Assembly: GCA_017499595.2 (NCBI GenBank)
Contig: CM039008.1
Location: forward strand, 1,054,001 to 1,118,000
Reading direction: 5' to 3'
DNA: 64,000 nt
DNA from: Psilocybe cubensis
Lineage: Eukaryota
The notes under the pieces: generated by a model
What the model was told of the DNA's origin: nothing
Databases searched by the model: none
What the model saw: the letters and a program-made list of their open reading frames with translations, nothing else
Translations under genes and position numbers: made by a program
In this document: piece by piece, positions 1 to 12,367 of the stretch
Layout of the letters: each line of letters starts with the position of its first letter
Numbering within the stretch: the first letter of the stretch is position 1

Positions 1-216
1 AACCAGTCATCTATCAGTGTTTCCAAGAATCCAGAGCACCATGGACGGATGAAGCACCTTGATTTGTGCTATTATTGGCTTAGGGATGCTGTTGGTGTTG
101 GAAAGATTTCTCCTTCTTATATTCCTACTAATCAGCAAGCTGCTGATATTCTTACCAAACCCCTCTCACCTCCTAAAGTGGACTTTTGTAGAGATAAAAT
201 GGGTCTCAAACTTTAG
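1..216 (+). pseudogene. 3' end of Ty1/Copia pol (RNase H C-terminus), truncated by window edge
   Basis: Near-identical to 22756-22970 (…SKNPEHHGRMKHLDL…DKMGLKL*); followed by PPT AGGGGGGAG (271-279) and an LTR. Confidence 0.9.
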
Positions 217-279
217 TCTTTCTTTCTCTGTTTTGTTTTATTTTTCTTTGTTCTGGAGACTTGTCAGAACAGGGGGGAG

Positions 280-657
280 TGTTAAAACTGCTCTCTATGT
301 CTCCCTCACTTTGCTATCTTATCAGATTAGATTACTTTCTTCTTATCTTCATTTGCTCTCCAGACCATTCTAGACACATGATATTTATCAGTCCATAGAC
401 TGGTCTGGACCGGACCAGAGTAGACCTAGGTAGACCAGAGTACTTGAGTCTACACAGTATATAGTCACTCTGGTTTACATCCTGAAGTCCCCAGTTACTC
501 ACTTCGGACTTCAGGTTAGTTTGTTAGCACTTTGCTCAATTCACTCAGTTACTCACTTCGGACTTCAGACGCTTCGTGCTCGCTTATCCCTGCGCCCTAC
601 GTTCTATAACTAGGTCGCCGAGTAGCTCACACTGCCCCGAGCTCGCCTGCTTTAACA
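280..657 (+). repeat. Copia 3' LTR (378 bp, TGTT…AACA)
   Basis: Directly follows PPT; homologous to 3152-3530 and 23034-23411. Confidence 0.93.
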
Positions 658-780
658 CGGTCATCTGGCCTGTCTAGGTGTTATAGTTGGTTGAGTCCAA
701 TGGAGTGATTTGGGGATATTATTGCAAATTGCAAAGGACTGCCTAAGCAGATGTATACAGTCTGTGACACATAACCTGTA

Positions 781-1099
781 GCTACTCAGTAACCTAGTTA
801 TACAATGTATCTGAAGTCCAAAGTGATTAATTGGGTGAATTGAGCAAAGTGCCAACAAACTAACCTGAAGTCCAAAGTGAGTAACTAAAGACTTCAGAAT
901 ATAAACTAGAGTGACTATGTACTGTGTAAACTCAACTACTCTGGTCTACCTAGGTCTACTCTGGTCCAATCCAGATCAGTCTATGGACTGATAAATATCA
1001 TGTATCTAGAATGGTCTAGAGAGCAAATGAAGATAAGAAGAAAGTAATCTAATCTGGTAAGATAGCAATATGAGGGAGATACAGAAAGCAGTTTTAACA
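781..1099 (-). repeat. Diverged, internally deleted Copia LTR in reverse orientation
   Basis: Reverse complement of the LTR start (…gcagttttaaca ends at 1099) and LTR body; left boundary approximate. Confidence 0.85.
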
Positions 1100-1139
1100 G
1101 ACTTAATCTGAATTTACAGCAACAGCCTGACCCTTGCCG

Positions 1140-1567
1140 GCAAGATAAGCGCAAATTGTTGCAGCCTCATATGGAAAAGTGTATCTTTGTTGGGTATCCT
1201 GCCGGGTACAAGGGCTGGAAGTTTTACAATCCAGTTACCAAAAGGTTCATTATCTCTGAAAAAGCTGATTTTGACAAAAGGTGCTTCTCTGGAGTGTCTA
1301 CTGGTCACCCTTCAGATCAAAAGCCAATTGGCTTATGGTTGGTTCTTTAAATTTAAGCAAAATGCAGATGGCAGTATAGAGTGCTACAAGGCTTGTATTG
1401 TTGCCAAGGGCTATATATAGAGTCAGCTCCCTGGCATTGATTACCACAAGGTCTTTGCTCCTACTTTCTGTCCTACAACTTTATACTTGATTGTGGCTCT
1501 GGCAGCCATTGGAGACTTGAAGTTATACTCTGTTGATATTACAGCTGCTTTTAATAAAGGTGACCTA
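1140..1567 (+). pseudogene. Copia integrase C-terminal and RT N-terminal fragments (internally deleted)
   Basis: LQPHMEKCIFVGYP…KGWKFYNP, then WFFKFKQNADGSIECYKA; matches ~20890-21780 with a deletion. Confidence 0.85.
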
Positions 1568-3151
1568 AATCTCCTCGTCTAGGTCACCTTTAGTAAAAGT
1601 AGCTGTAATATCAACAGAGCGCAACTTCAAGTCTCCAATGGCGGCCAGAGCCACAATCAAGTAGAAAGTAGCAGCGCGGAAAGTAGGAGCAAAGACTTTA
1701 TGGTAATTAATGCCCGGGGCATTTTGCTTGATTTTAAATACCCAACCACAGCCAATCGCCTTTTGACCCAGAGGGAGCTCAACTTGCTCCCAAGTTTGGT
1801 TGTGCTGCAACAGATTGAATTATGTATTTGTCAAAATTAAAGTCAGTGGAGTCTCACCCTGAATTGGGAGGTGGTGCGCTTGCAGAAGAAGTGGGAAGAA
1901 GATCAAACTTTGGCATAGGGCCAGTAGACACTCCAGGGAAGCAGCTATAATCGAAATCAGCTCTCTCACAGATAATGAACCTTTTGGTGACTGGGTTGTA
2001 AAACTACCAGCCCTTGTATCCAGTAGGATACCCAACAAAAATACACTTCTCCATATGAGGCTGCAACAATTTGCGGTTATCTCCCTGAACATAAACATAT
2101 GCAAGACAACCCCAAACCCTAAATGAGTAACATTGGGTTTGCACTTCTTCCAGCTCTCATACGGAATCTTGTCTGGTAGAGAAACTGTAGGAACAGAATT
2201 CCATACATGCATGTATGCTGCAACACAGCAACCCCAAAACAAAGATGGTACACAAGCCTCATTGAGCATGGAAGTAACATGTTCTGCCATGGTGCGATTT
2301 GCATGCTTTGCAATTCCATTCTGTTGTGGACAATTTTGTGTTGTATGACGACACTCAATGCCATACTTACTGGTCAGTGAATTTGATGAAAGCATTTGAC
2401 ATGTATTCACTAGCTTTGTCATCCTGCAGCGCTTTGATCTTAAAGCCTAATTTGTTCTCAGCCCATGCTTTGTACGTTTGAAATGCACTGAATGCATCAC
2501 TTTTGCGCTTAAGAAGCACAGCCGCTCTACTCTTTGTATGGTCATCAATAATAGTTATCCAGTAGCGATAGCCGTCAGGAGTAGGTGGCAAGATAGGACC
2601 TTTCAGATCTGAAAAGATAAGCGCAAGCGGAAGATCTGACATGCTGGGTGAAGAAGGAAATGAGTTGGAATGTATCTTGCCTGCAAGGCAAGGTTCACAA
2701 ATGGGGTCAGGCTGTTGCTGTGAATTCAGCTTGAGTCCAGTGACCATACCCTAATCATCTTCTGGATGTCAGTATAGCTATGATGAGTGAAGCAACAATG
2801 CCAGAGACTGATATCAAGGGCTAGAGTGAAATTGGAGGAAATAAAGGCAGACTCCGAAATGGGAACTGTATAACTGTTCAATAAAGCGCAGTTCGATGTA
2901 CTAACATCTGCAGAGAAGAGACAAGCTTACTCGCGATGAAACTCCATCAGATTAGCATCAAATAGAATAGACAGTAGATTGTTTTGGAGATCTGGCACAT
3001 GTAAAACTCTAGTTAACTTGACGCCTCTTGACTTTATTCCATTTACAACCGGTTCAAAGAACACAGTGCCCACCCCTGCAGAATAAATAACTCGTTTATC
3101 TGCTGATTGGATTGGAATGCGAAGGAGGGTGTAATTTCTAACCCAATTGCA
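1568..3151 (-). pseudogene. Copia pol fragment (protease/GAG-pre-integrase/integrase/RT start) with several deletions
   Basis: ORFs 2367-2747 (CEPCLAGK…DLKGP), 1820-2422 and 1565-1810 (KAIGCGWVFKIK) match 19770-21790. Confidence 0.9.
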
Positions 3152-3530
3152 TGTTAAAACTGCTCTCTATGTCTCCCTCACTTTGCTATCTTATCAGATT
3201 AGATTACTTTCTTCTTATCTTCATTTGCTCTCCAGACCATTCTAGACACATGATATTTATCAGTCCATAGACTGGTCTGGACCGGACCAGAGTAGACCTA
3301 GGTAGACCAGAGTACTTGAGTCTACATAGTATATAGTCACTCTAGTTTACATCCTGAAGTCCCCAGTTACTCACTTCGGACTTCAGGTTAGTTTGTTAGC
3401 ACTTTGCTCAATTCACTCAGTTACTCACTTTGGACTTCAGACGCTTTGTGGCTCGCTTATCCCTGCTCCCTACATTCTATAACTTGGTTACCGAGTAGCT
3501 CACACTGCCCTGAGCTCGCCTGCTTCAACA
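3152..3530 (+). repeat. Copia 5' LTR
   Basis: TGTT…CAACA immediately followed by PBS. Confidence 0.93.
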
Positions 3531-3542
3531 GGTTATGGGCCC
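3531..3542 (+). promoter_or_regulatory. Primer-binding site GGTTATGGGCCC (internal initiator tRNA-Met type, as in Drosophila copia/Ty5)
   Basis: Abuts LTR end; complementary to the GGGCCCAUAACC anticodon arm of tRNAi-Met rather than its 3' CCA end. Confidence 0.85.
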
Positions 3543-4095
3543 CGCGCTCTAAGCGCTCCAATTCCGTGTTTTGCGAACCAAGTTGCTTTCTGCATAGTTT
3601 TCACAAAACGGTCATTTTAGTCTTTTTTGCTTTTTATCCTCTACCAGGCCCGGCCATACATTGCCGCTGCTGGTAGGGTTGAACGAGCACGCCTTACGCG
3701 ACTTGTTAACCTCGGTTGAGCGGGCCCCCGTCGCCTAATCCCCGAGTTATTTCTAGTTAAAAGTAACCCTTTTAAATTAGGCTAGTTTAATTTGCATTGC
3801 ACCCTGAGCTCCGAGTAACGCCTAGCTTGTTTCCACACATCATTACACATTAGTCCTTCTCAATTCTAAAAGTTAGAAAAAAAGTTAGAAATTTATGCAT
3901 GGAAACGGTGTAGCAATGATCATGCTGGGCATCGAGGACATGCCATATGACGCCGCCAAGTGTGATCCTGTTCCTGTCTGAGTTAGAATGAGTCTGAAAG
4001 TCGGCAGGCATTGCCGCCGTGCATCGGTTGCCATTGACACGTCCAGACACGCCTCTTTGCCAGTCGCGTCGCAGTTTAAATCGCGTTTTTCTACC

Positions 4096-5622
4096 ATGAA
4101 CCCACACAACAACAACAACTGGAACTACAACAACGCGCCCAACAATGTTTGGCAGCTGGACCAGGCTCCATATTCCTTTGACACTCGTGAAAACCAATCA
4201 TATCTCGAGTATTCTCAGAAACATAATCTTTAAGACGTCAATCCGGCATTCCCCACCGTCGCATCTTATGTTCTCACAGCACACCGCGAAGATTACGTGT
4301 TTAATAATCCTAGGCCAGTCTCCAATCTTTCTCACACTGTGTTGACTTCAAATTTAGTACCGTTTGGACACCATATCACAACAACATCTCAGCCAACCGC
4401 GTCTGGCATGGCGGGGCCAAATCCGACCATCTTGCTAGCTCCTTCTCAGGCCGTTGCAGATGTTCCTGAAAAGGAAAATGTGCAATCCCGCCCTTCCGTC
4501 AAAGTTGTCAAACCTGCATCGAAGTCTGGACTGGGTAGTAAATCGGGAGCCCGACGTGACCAAGGCCAGTCTGACGATGAAATTGCAAAGCTACCTCTGG
4601 AGAAGAAACGCGTTGCCGAGTTGAAGCTCAAGAGAGAAGCCCCCAAATTGACCGACCGTCTGACGGAACAGGACCAAATTTGCATGGTCTCGTGGCTTGT
4701 AGACTCGAAGCGTTGGAAAATCTTTAAAGAGAACCAAAAGAAATTCTGGACTGATGTACGTATTTGGCCTAGTATTGAGTCATTCTTTATCTAATCAAGT
4801 TTACAATTGGCTATGTCAGTCTTTTTCAGTAAATATTCGGCAGAACAGTTGTCAAATTACTGGAATCACAATGCATGGGCCAAATACAAGGCTGTACGTG
4901 AGCTCGAGAATCACACAGGTGGCGGAGATGGTGATAAAGACCAAAACAAGGGCCGTGTTACTGTCAGCAACGGCACTCAGTTTTCTCGCAACGTTCTTAA
5001 TAAGTTCAAAGAATCTGAGATATACAACTTAATTCATAGCGTGTAAAGTTCTCTTTTGGTTATCAATAATATGTGATACTAATTTTGTTAATTCAAAGCG
5101 TCGGAGGATCCCAGTGTCACTTGCTCCCGTAAATTTGACTCGGTTTCACCTCTCTCCGATGAGGAAGACACTCCTACCGAGTCTAGTGACTCGTCCAATG
5201 CCAAACAAACCAAAGACTTGACCAACGCCAAACACGCCAAAACTAAACAACAAATTGGACTCCGTAAATCAGAATCATCCGATAGCATCGAGTCCGATCC
5301 TGAAGCCGCAAGCCGCAAGCTCATTTTCTCCGCTATTGAGAGCATGAAACAGAAGACTAGAGAACAAATGGCGATTGACAAGGCAACACTTGAGCTTGCT
5401 CAGAAACGCGAGGCGCGAGATGAAGAAGAACATCAACTTGCTCGGAAACATGAAGTGCGCGAGGAAGAGGAATATCAGGAACGCAAGAAACGGGCAAAGA
5501 AGGAAGGTGATTGGATTTGGTTTGAAAAGATTAAAGTTATGTGCAAGAGCTCCAGTGCAGTAATACGTGCAATGGTGGAGAAGTTATTGGCGGAAAATAT
5601 GCTTAATGGTGATGATCTTTAA
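4096..5622 (+). pseudogene. Harbinger accessory gene (putative Myb/SANT-like DNA-binding partner), multi-exon
   Basis: ATG 4096, in-frame TAA 4231, continues in ORFs 4297-, 4807- (WAKYKAVRELENHTGGGDGD) and 5218- (charged coiled coil); intron-like GT…CTAAT gaps near 4756-4806 and 5041-5098 (exact splice sites unresolved). Myb-like assignment is inferred from element architecture. Confidence 0.7.
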
Positions 5623-5632
5623 TTTGGTACCT

Positions 5633-6191
5633 CTACAGTACATGATTGTGTAGGTAATCTACGAGTTGCTTCCTTCGAAATAGTCCCTGACGATATAATT
5701 CATCATTATCTCCCTGATCTTCTATGTTTCCCCTCTGAGGCTCATTATTGAGCTTGTGGACACCATTATCTAATTGATTAAATCCAGGTATTTCCAGTGG
5801 ATTGTCGCATCGCTCTTCAAGAATGTTGTGTAGTACCATCAATGCTTCTATTATTTTCTGTATCTTGACCAAATTACGTCCTGGCATCTGCCAGAGGATT
5901 GGAAAGCGTCCTTTTAGAAGGCCAAATGCATGCTCCACAAAAATTCGGATAGAGGATAGTGCCTTATTCCATGCCTTCCGCCGCGTTGCCTCAGTAGAAT
6001 TATTGGTAAGATCGTGGCGATGGAAGGATCTGATTGAAAAAGGCGTTAAAGGATATTCTAGAAAATTATATCCATCAGTTTGCTTGCATTTGCTTGTGTT
6101 AAGAGCTAGGAATGCCTTTGTCAACCAAAATATACTCTTGTTCAGTAAAGTATTGGCTACGATTAAGCCAAAGGTGCGAGTTTCAAAATAC
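5633..6191 (-). pseudogene. Harbinger DDE transposase, C-terminal part
   Basis: …YILVDK[intron]YPLTPF…WNKALSSIRIFVEHAFGLLKGRF…LHN, typical HARBI1/DDE_Tnp_4 motifs. Confidence 0.9.
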
Positions 6192-6195
6192 ATGG

Positions 6196-7824
6196 TATCA
6201 TACCCCAATCCTGATTGGAGATGAGATGTTCATTTTGGATCTACACACGACGCCCTCAACCCAAGCAGTCATTCTTTCCATAAGTCATCCACACATCTTA
6301 TCTTATCAACACTTGTCACATGGGAGCCACGTTATTCCGGATCATGTCACTTTGTCGGATCATCAAGGCTATGCGACGGATCAGTCAACCATCAAACTGC
6401 ACAGCTTTCTACACTGCCTTGCACAGCCGGACTGTCAACTCTATTTTTATCAATTCAATAGTCTTACTCAGCATCAGGCTGCGGATTACTCATTCCAACT
6501 TATTTTTGGTTTGTCTTACTCATTCTTTTGTGTTTATTTATATCTTTTCTATTGTCTGTTGCGCTTTTATTGTCTTTGTCTTACCAATCTTCTATGCTTT
6601 CTGACTCATCCTTGCTTCTTTTATCTAATCTGTATTACCATTCACCTTCGTCATACACTTCTTTCTTACTCATCCTATTCATTTCTTATCTGTCGTAGTG
6701 TCGATATCGACATGTCTTATTGTTCTTGCTTATTGTTACACTTGCGTAGCCTCATTCTTGACACTTTGTACAGTATATGACTCGGTTTTCAGTAGCTCAG
6801 ATTGGTATTTCGTTCACGTAGCTTTTAGTATAAAAGCTGTAGTAGAATTACATGAAATGATAGGAAAGTTACACCCAGTCCCCACTTTCTTCAAAGCAAG
6901 TCAATTTTCATCCAAGTCAAGTCAATTTCAAGTCAATCCACATCGATTCATTTCAATTCCAAGTTCAAGTTCAAGCCAAGCCCAAACCCAAGTCCAATTC
7001 AGTCATCAGTTCCACCCTCCGTCGAGACCAAGTTTACTTCCATTCATCCGAAGCCATCTCGCTTTCCATTAAGAATGTCGTTAACGGGCTGAATCTTGGA
7101 GAATGGTGAAAGTGTCTTTAAATTGACAATCTTTCTGAAGCTTGGAATGAAGCTATACGTCGCAGGAGTATTGACTGAATCGAGGATGAAAGACTAAGTC
7201 TGTCTCGAATGAAATCACTCCAGATGAGTTGACGGAGGGAAAGGATGTCTTGAATACACTCCTAACGGCAATGGTTGGAAGGTGTAGAAAGAGTAGGAGC
7301 GGTGACGGATTGAATGGAGGAGAGGAAGTAGGGAAGTACTGGAGGTCTGGATAGAAGTTGGATATTCAACGCTGAGAAGAAGAGGCGTTGGATGAGGAGG
7401 ATGACTGGTCTCGGATGAAATCCTCTCCAACTCCTAGTCATCTTCTCATCTCCCCTCGGAACGTTCCCCACTCACTTCAGACAACCCCTCTAAGATTCAC
7501 ATTTATTGATTTCTCATACGCATTCTACGCATCTTCTTCACGCTTTCCATATACACCCGCCATCCAATTCCACGGTTCCATCCCATTTTCGGAAGGCTTA
7601 TTTACTATCGTACCCAGACGACCCGGTTATCCTCTTCTTACTATTTCGCTTTCGTTACCCTTCACAATCCACACCATCCTAATCTACTTAAATCCTAGGC
7701 AGCGTCCTCCCTTAAGAAACTTAGGAGAAGGTTTCGTCCTATCTAGTCTAGACCACTCTTTCCCTGGGGTTTGTGTTTGTTGGATTACATATAGTTTATA
7801 ACCAATCACAAACTTCGATCTTCA
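6196..7824 (+). repeat. Gypsy A 5' LTR (contains inverted segment 7073-7427)
   Basis: Colinear with 16057-17685 at a constant offset of 9861 except for the inversion. Confidence 0.95.
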
Positions 7825-8029
7825 TCTGGAGCCCACCGCGAGGGAGGGTTAATTAGGATTTTGTATTAGGAACACAGCAATCTACCACTTTATCACTTCT
7901 ATTCCATCCATTTCGACTCTTTTTCTTTGCAGGTTATTTTGCTTCGCTGGTCTATTCTCTAGGCAACTCTAGGCAACTCTAGGCAACAATTCTAGGCAAC
8001 ACTTTCTGACTTTGTAACTGGTTTACGCT

Positions 8030-11000
8030 ATGACTGATTCTGGCAATCCGCTTCCATCCTCTACTCCCACTATGGCTACTACCATCATCCAACGTACTCC
8101 TGTCAATATGCCCGTTCCTAAAACTAGTGCTGCTCCAAAATTCACTGGATCTTACGTTGATGTCAAGAACTTCTTGGATCACTGCGACCGCATTTTTGAT
8201 TAGTACAATGTCACTCTCGACGATGACAAAGTACAATACATGGTTCAATGCTGCAACCAAGAGAGCAGAGAAATCATTGAAGGTTTACCCAGCCACCATG
8301 CCAAGCAATGGGAACGACTCAAGACTGATATGCTCAAGATCTTTGACCATGCTAGGACAACACAGAAGTTCACGTTGAGTACTCTTCGTGCTTACGCTTT
8401 CCAACACTCCAATCTTTCTATGCGCTCTCTCGACGACTTCCGCGAGTATCAGAAGCAATACATTCGCATCGCTGGTTGGCTTCTCAACAACAACAAGATA
8501 TCCAAGACGGAATACAATCAATACTTCTGGCTAGGAATCAATGAATTCCTCCGACCTGCGCTCGAAAGCAAGATCATGGTCTTTAATCCTCATATCGATC
8601 TCTCCTCACCTTTTTCCATTGAAGACGTCACCAAGGCAGTTGAAATCATCTTCAAACAAGACCGCTTTGACGTTGGAATCTTTGACAATCCTTCTGCACG
8701 CCCCTTCACGTCTCTTATTCCTCCAAAGGATTCATATCCAGAGCGTTCATCAGTCTTTGACGAGATCAAGAAGTACTTACAGGAGATGTTTCCTAACATC
8801 GAGACGCGCGATGCCCGTGAACGTCCATACAATCCCCCGGAAGAGACCAAGCGCATCTTTCAGGATCTAGACAAGGAAGAGAAGCAAGCACACAAGGACG
8901 ACGAAGTGGAGAACTTGATCAAGCAGATGTCGAAGCTCACCATCCATGATTCTTCGTACGCCATTTACTATCTTCGTGCCATCAAGTTGGAACCCGCTCT
9001 TGCTAACATGCTCATTGCTCCGGCCATTATGAATCCAAGTGCACAGCCAGCTCAGCCAGTCCCAATCGCAAGTCAGTCAGCACCTCCAGCACCACAAGCA
9101 CCACGTCAGTCTGCATCCGAGATCATCTGCTATGGTTGCCATCAACAAGGCCATGGAATCAACAACTGCCCAACGCTCATTGATCTTACGAACCGCAAGC
9201 TCATCTCCAGAGACAGTAGCAATCGAGTTGTCTTCCCTGATGGATCCCGCATTATTCGCCAGAATGGAGAGTCAATTGCACAAGCAGTCCTTCGTCAACA
9301 ACAGCCTCCTCCTCCTCCTCCTCAAGTCGCTACCACAAGCATAGCCGTATCTGAAGCATATTATGGTCAGATGTTCAAGAACTACAGAGCCATGGTCGCA
9401 GAAGAAGAAAAGGACGACATTGGAACCTGGGATGGAGAAGACGAGTTTGAGTTTACGCTGGCAGGTCCTGGTAATCGAATCCCAACTAAAAAGCGAACAC
9501 GTGCTGCACGCAAACAGGTCATGGACGCTGTGGTACCTCCGGAACCCGCGTATCTCAAAGGAAAGCGAGCGGAAATGAGTAAAGCTAAGGATTATTCTCA
9601 GATCCCATCTATTCTTAAACGTCCGGCTAACTCTGGATTGCCAAACAACGTGCCTAGCTCCACTTCCATTCAACCTGTCCCAATCCCGTCAATTAATCAA
9701 CCTTCTGCCGAAATGAATCCATCAATTCCTGTCAAACAAGCTCAACCCAATGTCCCGATTAGGGCAAATCCAACGGAACATCCCGAGACTGCGCAACGAC
9801 ACGAGGTTTTTGATCCGGCCGATGATGATCAAATCATGGAAGATGTCACTCCTAGTCTAGAACGAGGCAAATCAGTTACTAAGCCACGTGCAGCCCCTCA
9901 GAAACGTGTCTCTGACATATCCCAAACTGTCGACACTATGGCCATTCTCAGACGATGCCATAATCAACCCGTTAATGCGACGTTCGGCGAGTTACTTGGA
10001 GTTTCAAAGGACCTTAGGACCCTTCTTATCAACAGCATCAAAGGCAAGACCCTTACTGTCGACGAATTCAAAGCTTCATTGGCAAATGGCAACTTAAAGC
10101 TTTCCGATAAGGAAGTTCTAGACATCATTCGCAGTGCCGAAAAGGACGTACCTGTTCAATACATGCACGAGACCAATTCAGTCGAATCCCTTCGCGCTCA
10201 CAAGCCCCTTCTTCGAATCATATTAATGTGTAATGGTCACGAACTCAATGCCTTGATTGACAGTGGATCTACGCAGAACATTCTAAGCAAACAGGCTTGG
10301 AAGAAGATTGTCAAGTTGCCGATGGACAGCCGGAATACTATTGTTATGGTCGATATTCATGGCGGCAAATCTCACATGCTTGGATTCGTTGGAAATGTTC
10401 AACTTGATATTGGTACAGTCAGGACGCGTGCTCATTGCTATGTATCCGACAAAGTCCAGTTTGATATACTCTTAGGACGTCCATGGACCCGTGACAACTA
10501 TGTGGACATTCTAGAACGACCCAAAGGGACCTTCATTGCCTTCTATGATGTCAAAGATCCTACACGTGAGCAGAAATTCCTTGTGACACCTGATACTCAG
10601 CACGACCGGCGTTACTTCACGGATACCATTTACGACAAGACCCCCCACACAATGTTAGCACACAACGACCTCTCCTTAGCTAATCCGGATGCCGAAGAAG
10701 GTGAAATTGAAGAAGATCTAGAACCCGGTGAATTATTGGACGACCTTCGCTATCCATCACCTACCCCTTCCATGATCGAGTTATCTATCCTTACTAGGCA
10801 ACAATCTCTGAATCGGGACGAATCTGCTAACCCAAATGAGGACTTATCCACTTCACAAGATGCACCCTCTTTCTCTGACTCCAACTGCGAATATGACTCG
10901 ACTCAGGACTCCTCTCATGGTCTCTACGCTTCCAATTATGACTCAATGTATCAAGATGACTCGGGAACTTCTCAATTCAATGCGACAGCCCATTATGGTC

Positions 11001-11911
11001 ATATTTCCACACCACCTTACGATTCCACACATGAGGCCCCACAAATAGAACAGCCACCATCACCATCTGTCAATCCGTCCATCAAATCCCACACTTCAGA
11101 CAATAACGACCCACATGAAGAAGAACCAGCTGACGAGGATTCAGAAATGGAACAATTAAGCTCACCCAAAGTAGAAGCTATTCAATTCTCTTCTGACAAT
11201 ACTCACCTTACGGCTATGGGAATGCTCAACCCCCACTTGCGCTTTGAAGACTGGATTCTATACGACGCCACTTATTCTTCTCCTACTCGTGTTGTTTCTG
11301 ACCAAACAGGAACGGCCTTTGTCCATTATGTTTATCCGCAGAGAGACAGCCATATAAACTTGACGACAACTCCAACTATTCTACACTTCAGTCGCACTGG
11401 TATCTCGTCTCAATCTAACCACTCTGCTTCAGTCAGTGCCTATCCAATGGGCCAACGTCACTCAGCATCCTGGACTCATTTTATTCCCCAATCCATTCGC
11501 TCTCAAAACGCTTCTTCTATTCCCCAACCTCATTCCCGAAGTTCTGCTCTTCCAGAGACGCCTCTTTCGATTATGATTCATCAAGAAACACGTGTATCAT
11601 CCACGGTCACCGCAAATGTAGACGAGCATCATCGAGGCCCGAAAGCTTTGGTACATCCTCTGCGAGTAGCCCACGACAGTCCGAAGGAGCCATTAAACGA
11701 GGATGAAGAAGAGCTACGAATCGCCCAAAATGGCAAAGAGGTCGACCACAATTCTTCCCTTTTACCTCTTCCCATAACCAGCACAATGCACGAATCGCGA
11801 GCTTCAAATATGGATGATGGAAACGAATGGTACTATCAGTATGGAGAAGAAAGTCCCTTTGGTATCGACAACACGGAAGAACATCCCTTGGACGCCAACA
11901 CATTGTACTGA
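8030..11911 (+). pseudogene. gag: Gypsy A ORF1: gag (CCHC knuckle), aspartic protease and long low-complexity C-terminal extension
   Basis: ATG 8030 in frame with ORF 8240 via one TAG (8201); CYGCHQQGHGINNC; LIDSGS; DILLGRPW. Confidence 0.88.
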
Positions 11912-12367
11912 CTATCTGGACGGTGCATGGACATCAGCTTGCTTCCTCAACGCCCTCTCTTTGTTCTCCGATCCCCTCAATTTTTCTTTGTCACCTTTGC
12001 TGTTGCTGGTGTTTCTTCTTCCTCATCGTTATGCCTTTATCCCACCTCCCATTTTATTTCCACATTTCACGTTTCTCTTTTCCATTTCACGGACACTTAT
12101 GTAGATTTTTCATTTGTGCAACAAGTTCTTGAACGCCTCCACTTTTCTTTTATGCGCCTTTTCCTCACATTCACACTCTCAATGGCAACTCCACGCTATA
12201 CAACCTTTTCCTTTACCATTTATTTTCATTTTCTTTCCACTTTATCCATTTGTATGTACGTCGACTGAAAAGTCGTTAAACTAACCTTTATTTATTCCTC
12301 CCTTTTATTTATTTGTTCCACCCCCGCTTCACCACTTCAGTCCGCAAACGAATCCTCAGGTCACCTA

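Noticed and set aside
6112-6780. Duplicated ~222-aa hydrophobic ORFs (also 15970-16641) as a membrane or env protein
   Set aside because: They lie in the T-rich LTR and begin in different flanks, so the duplication is just the LTR pair.
11814-12268. Phe/Leu-rich ORFs as env-like genes
   Set aside because: Explained by a pyrimidine-rich spacer; no recognisable motif, and similar-looking ORFs occur in several frames.
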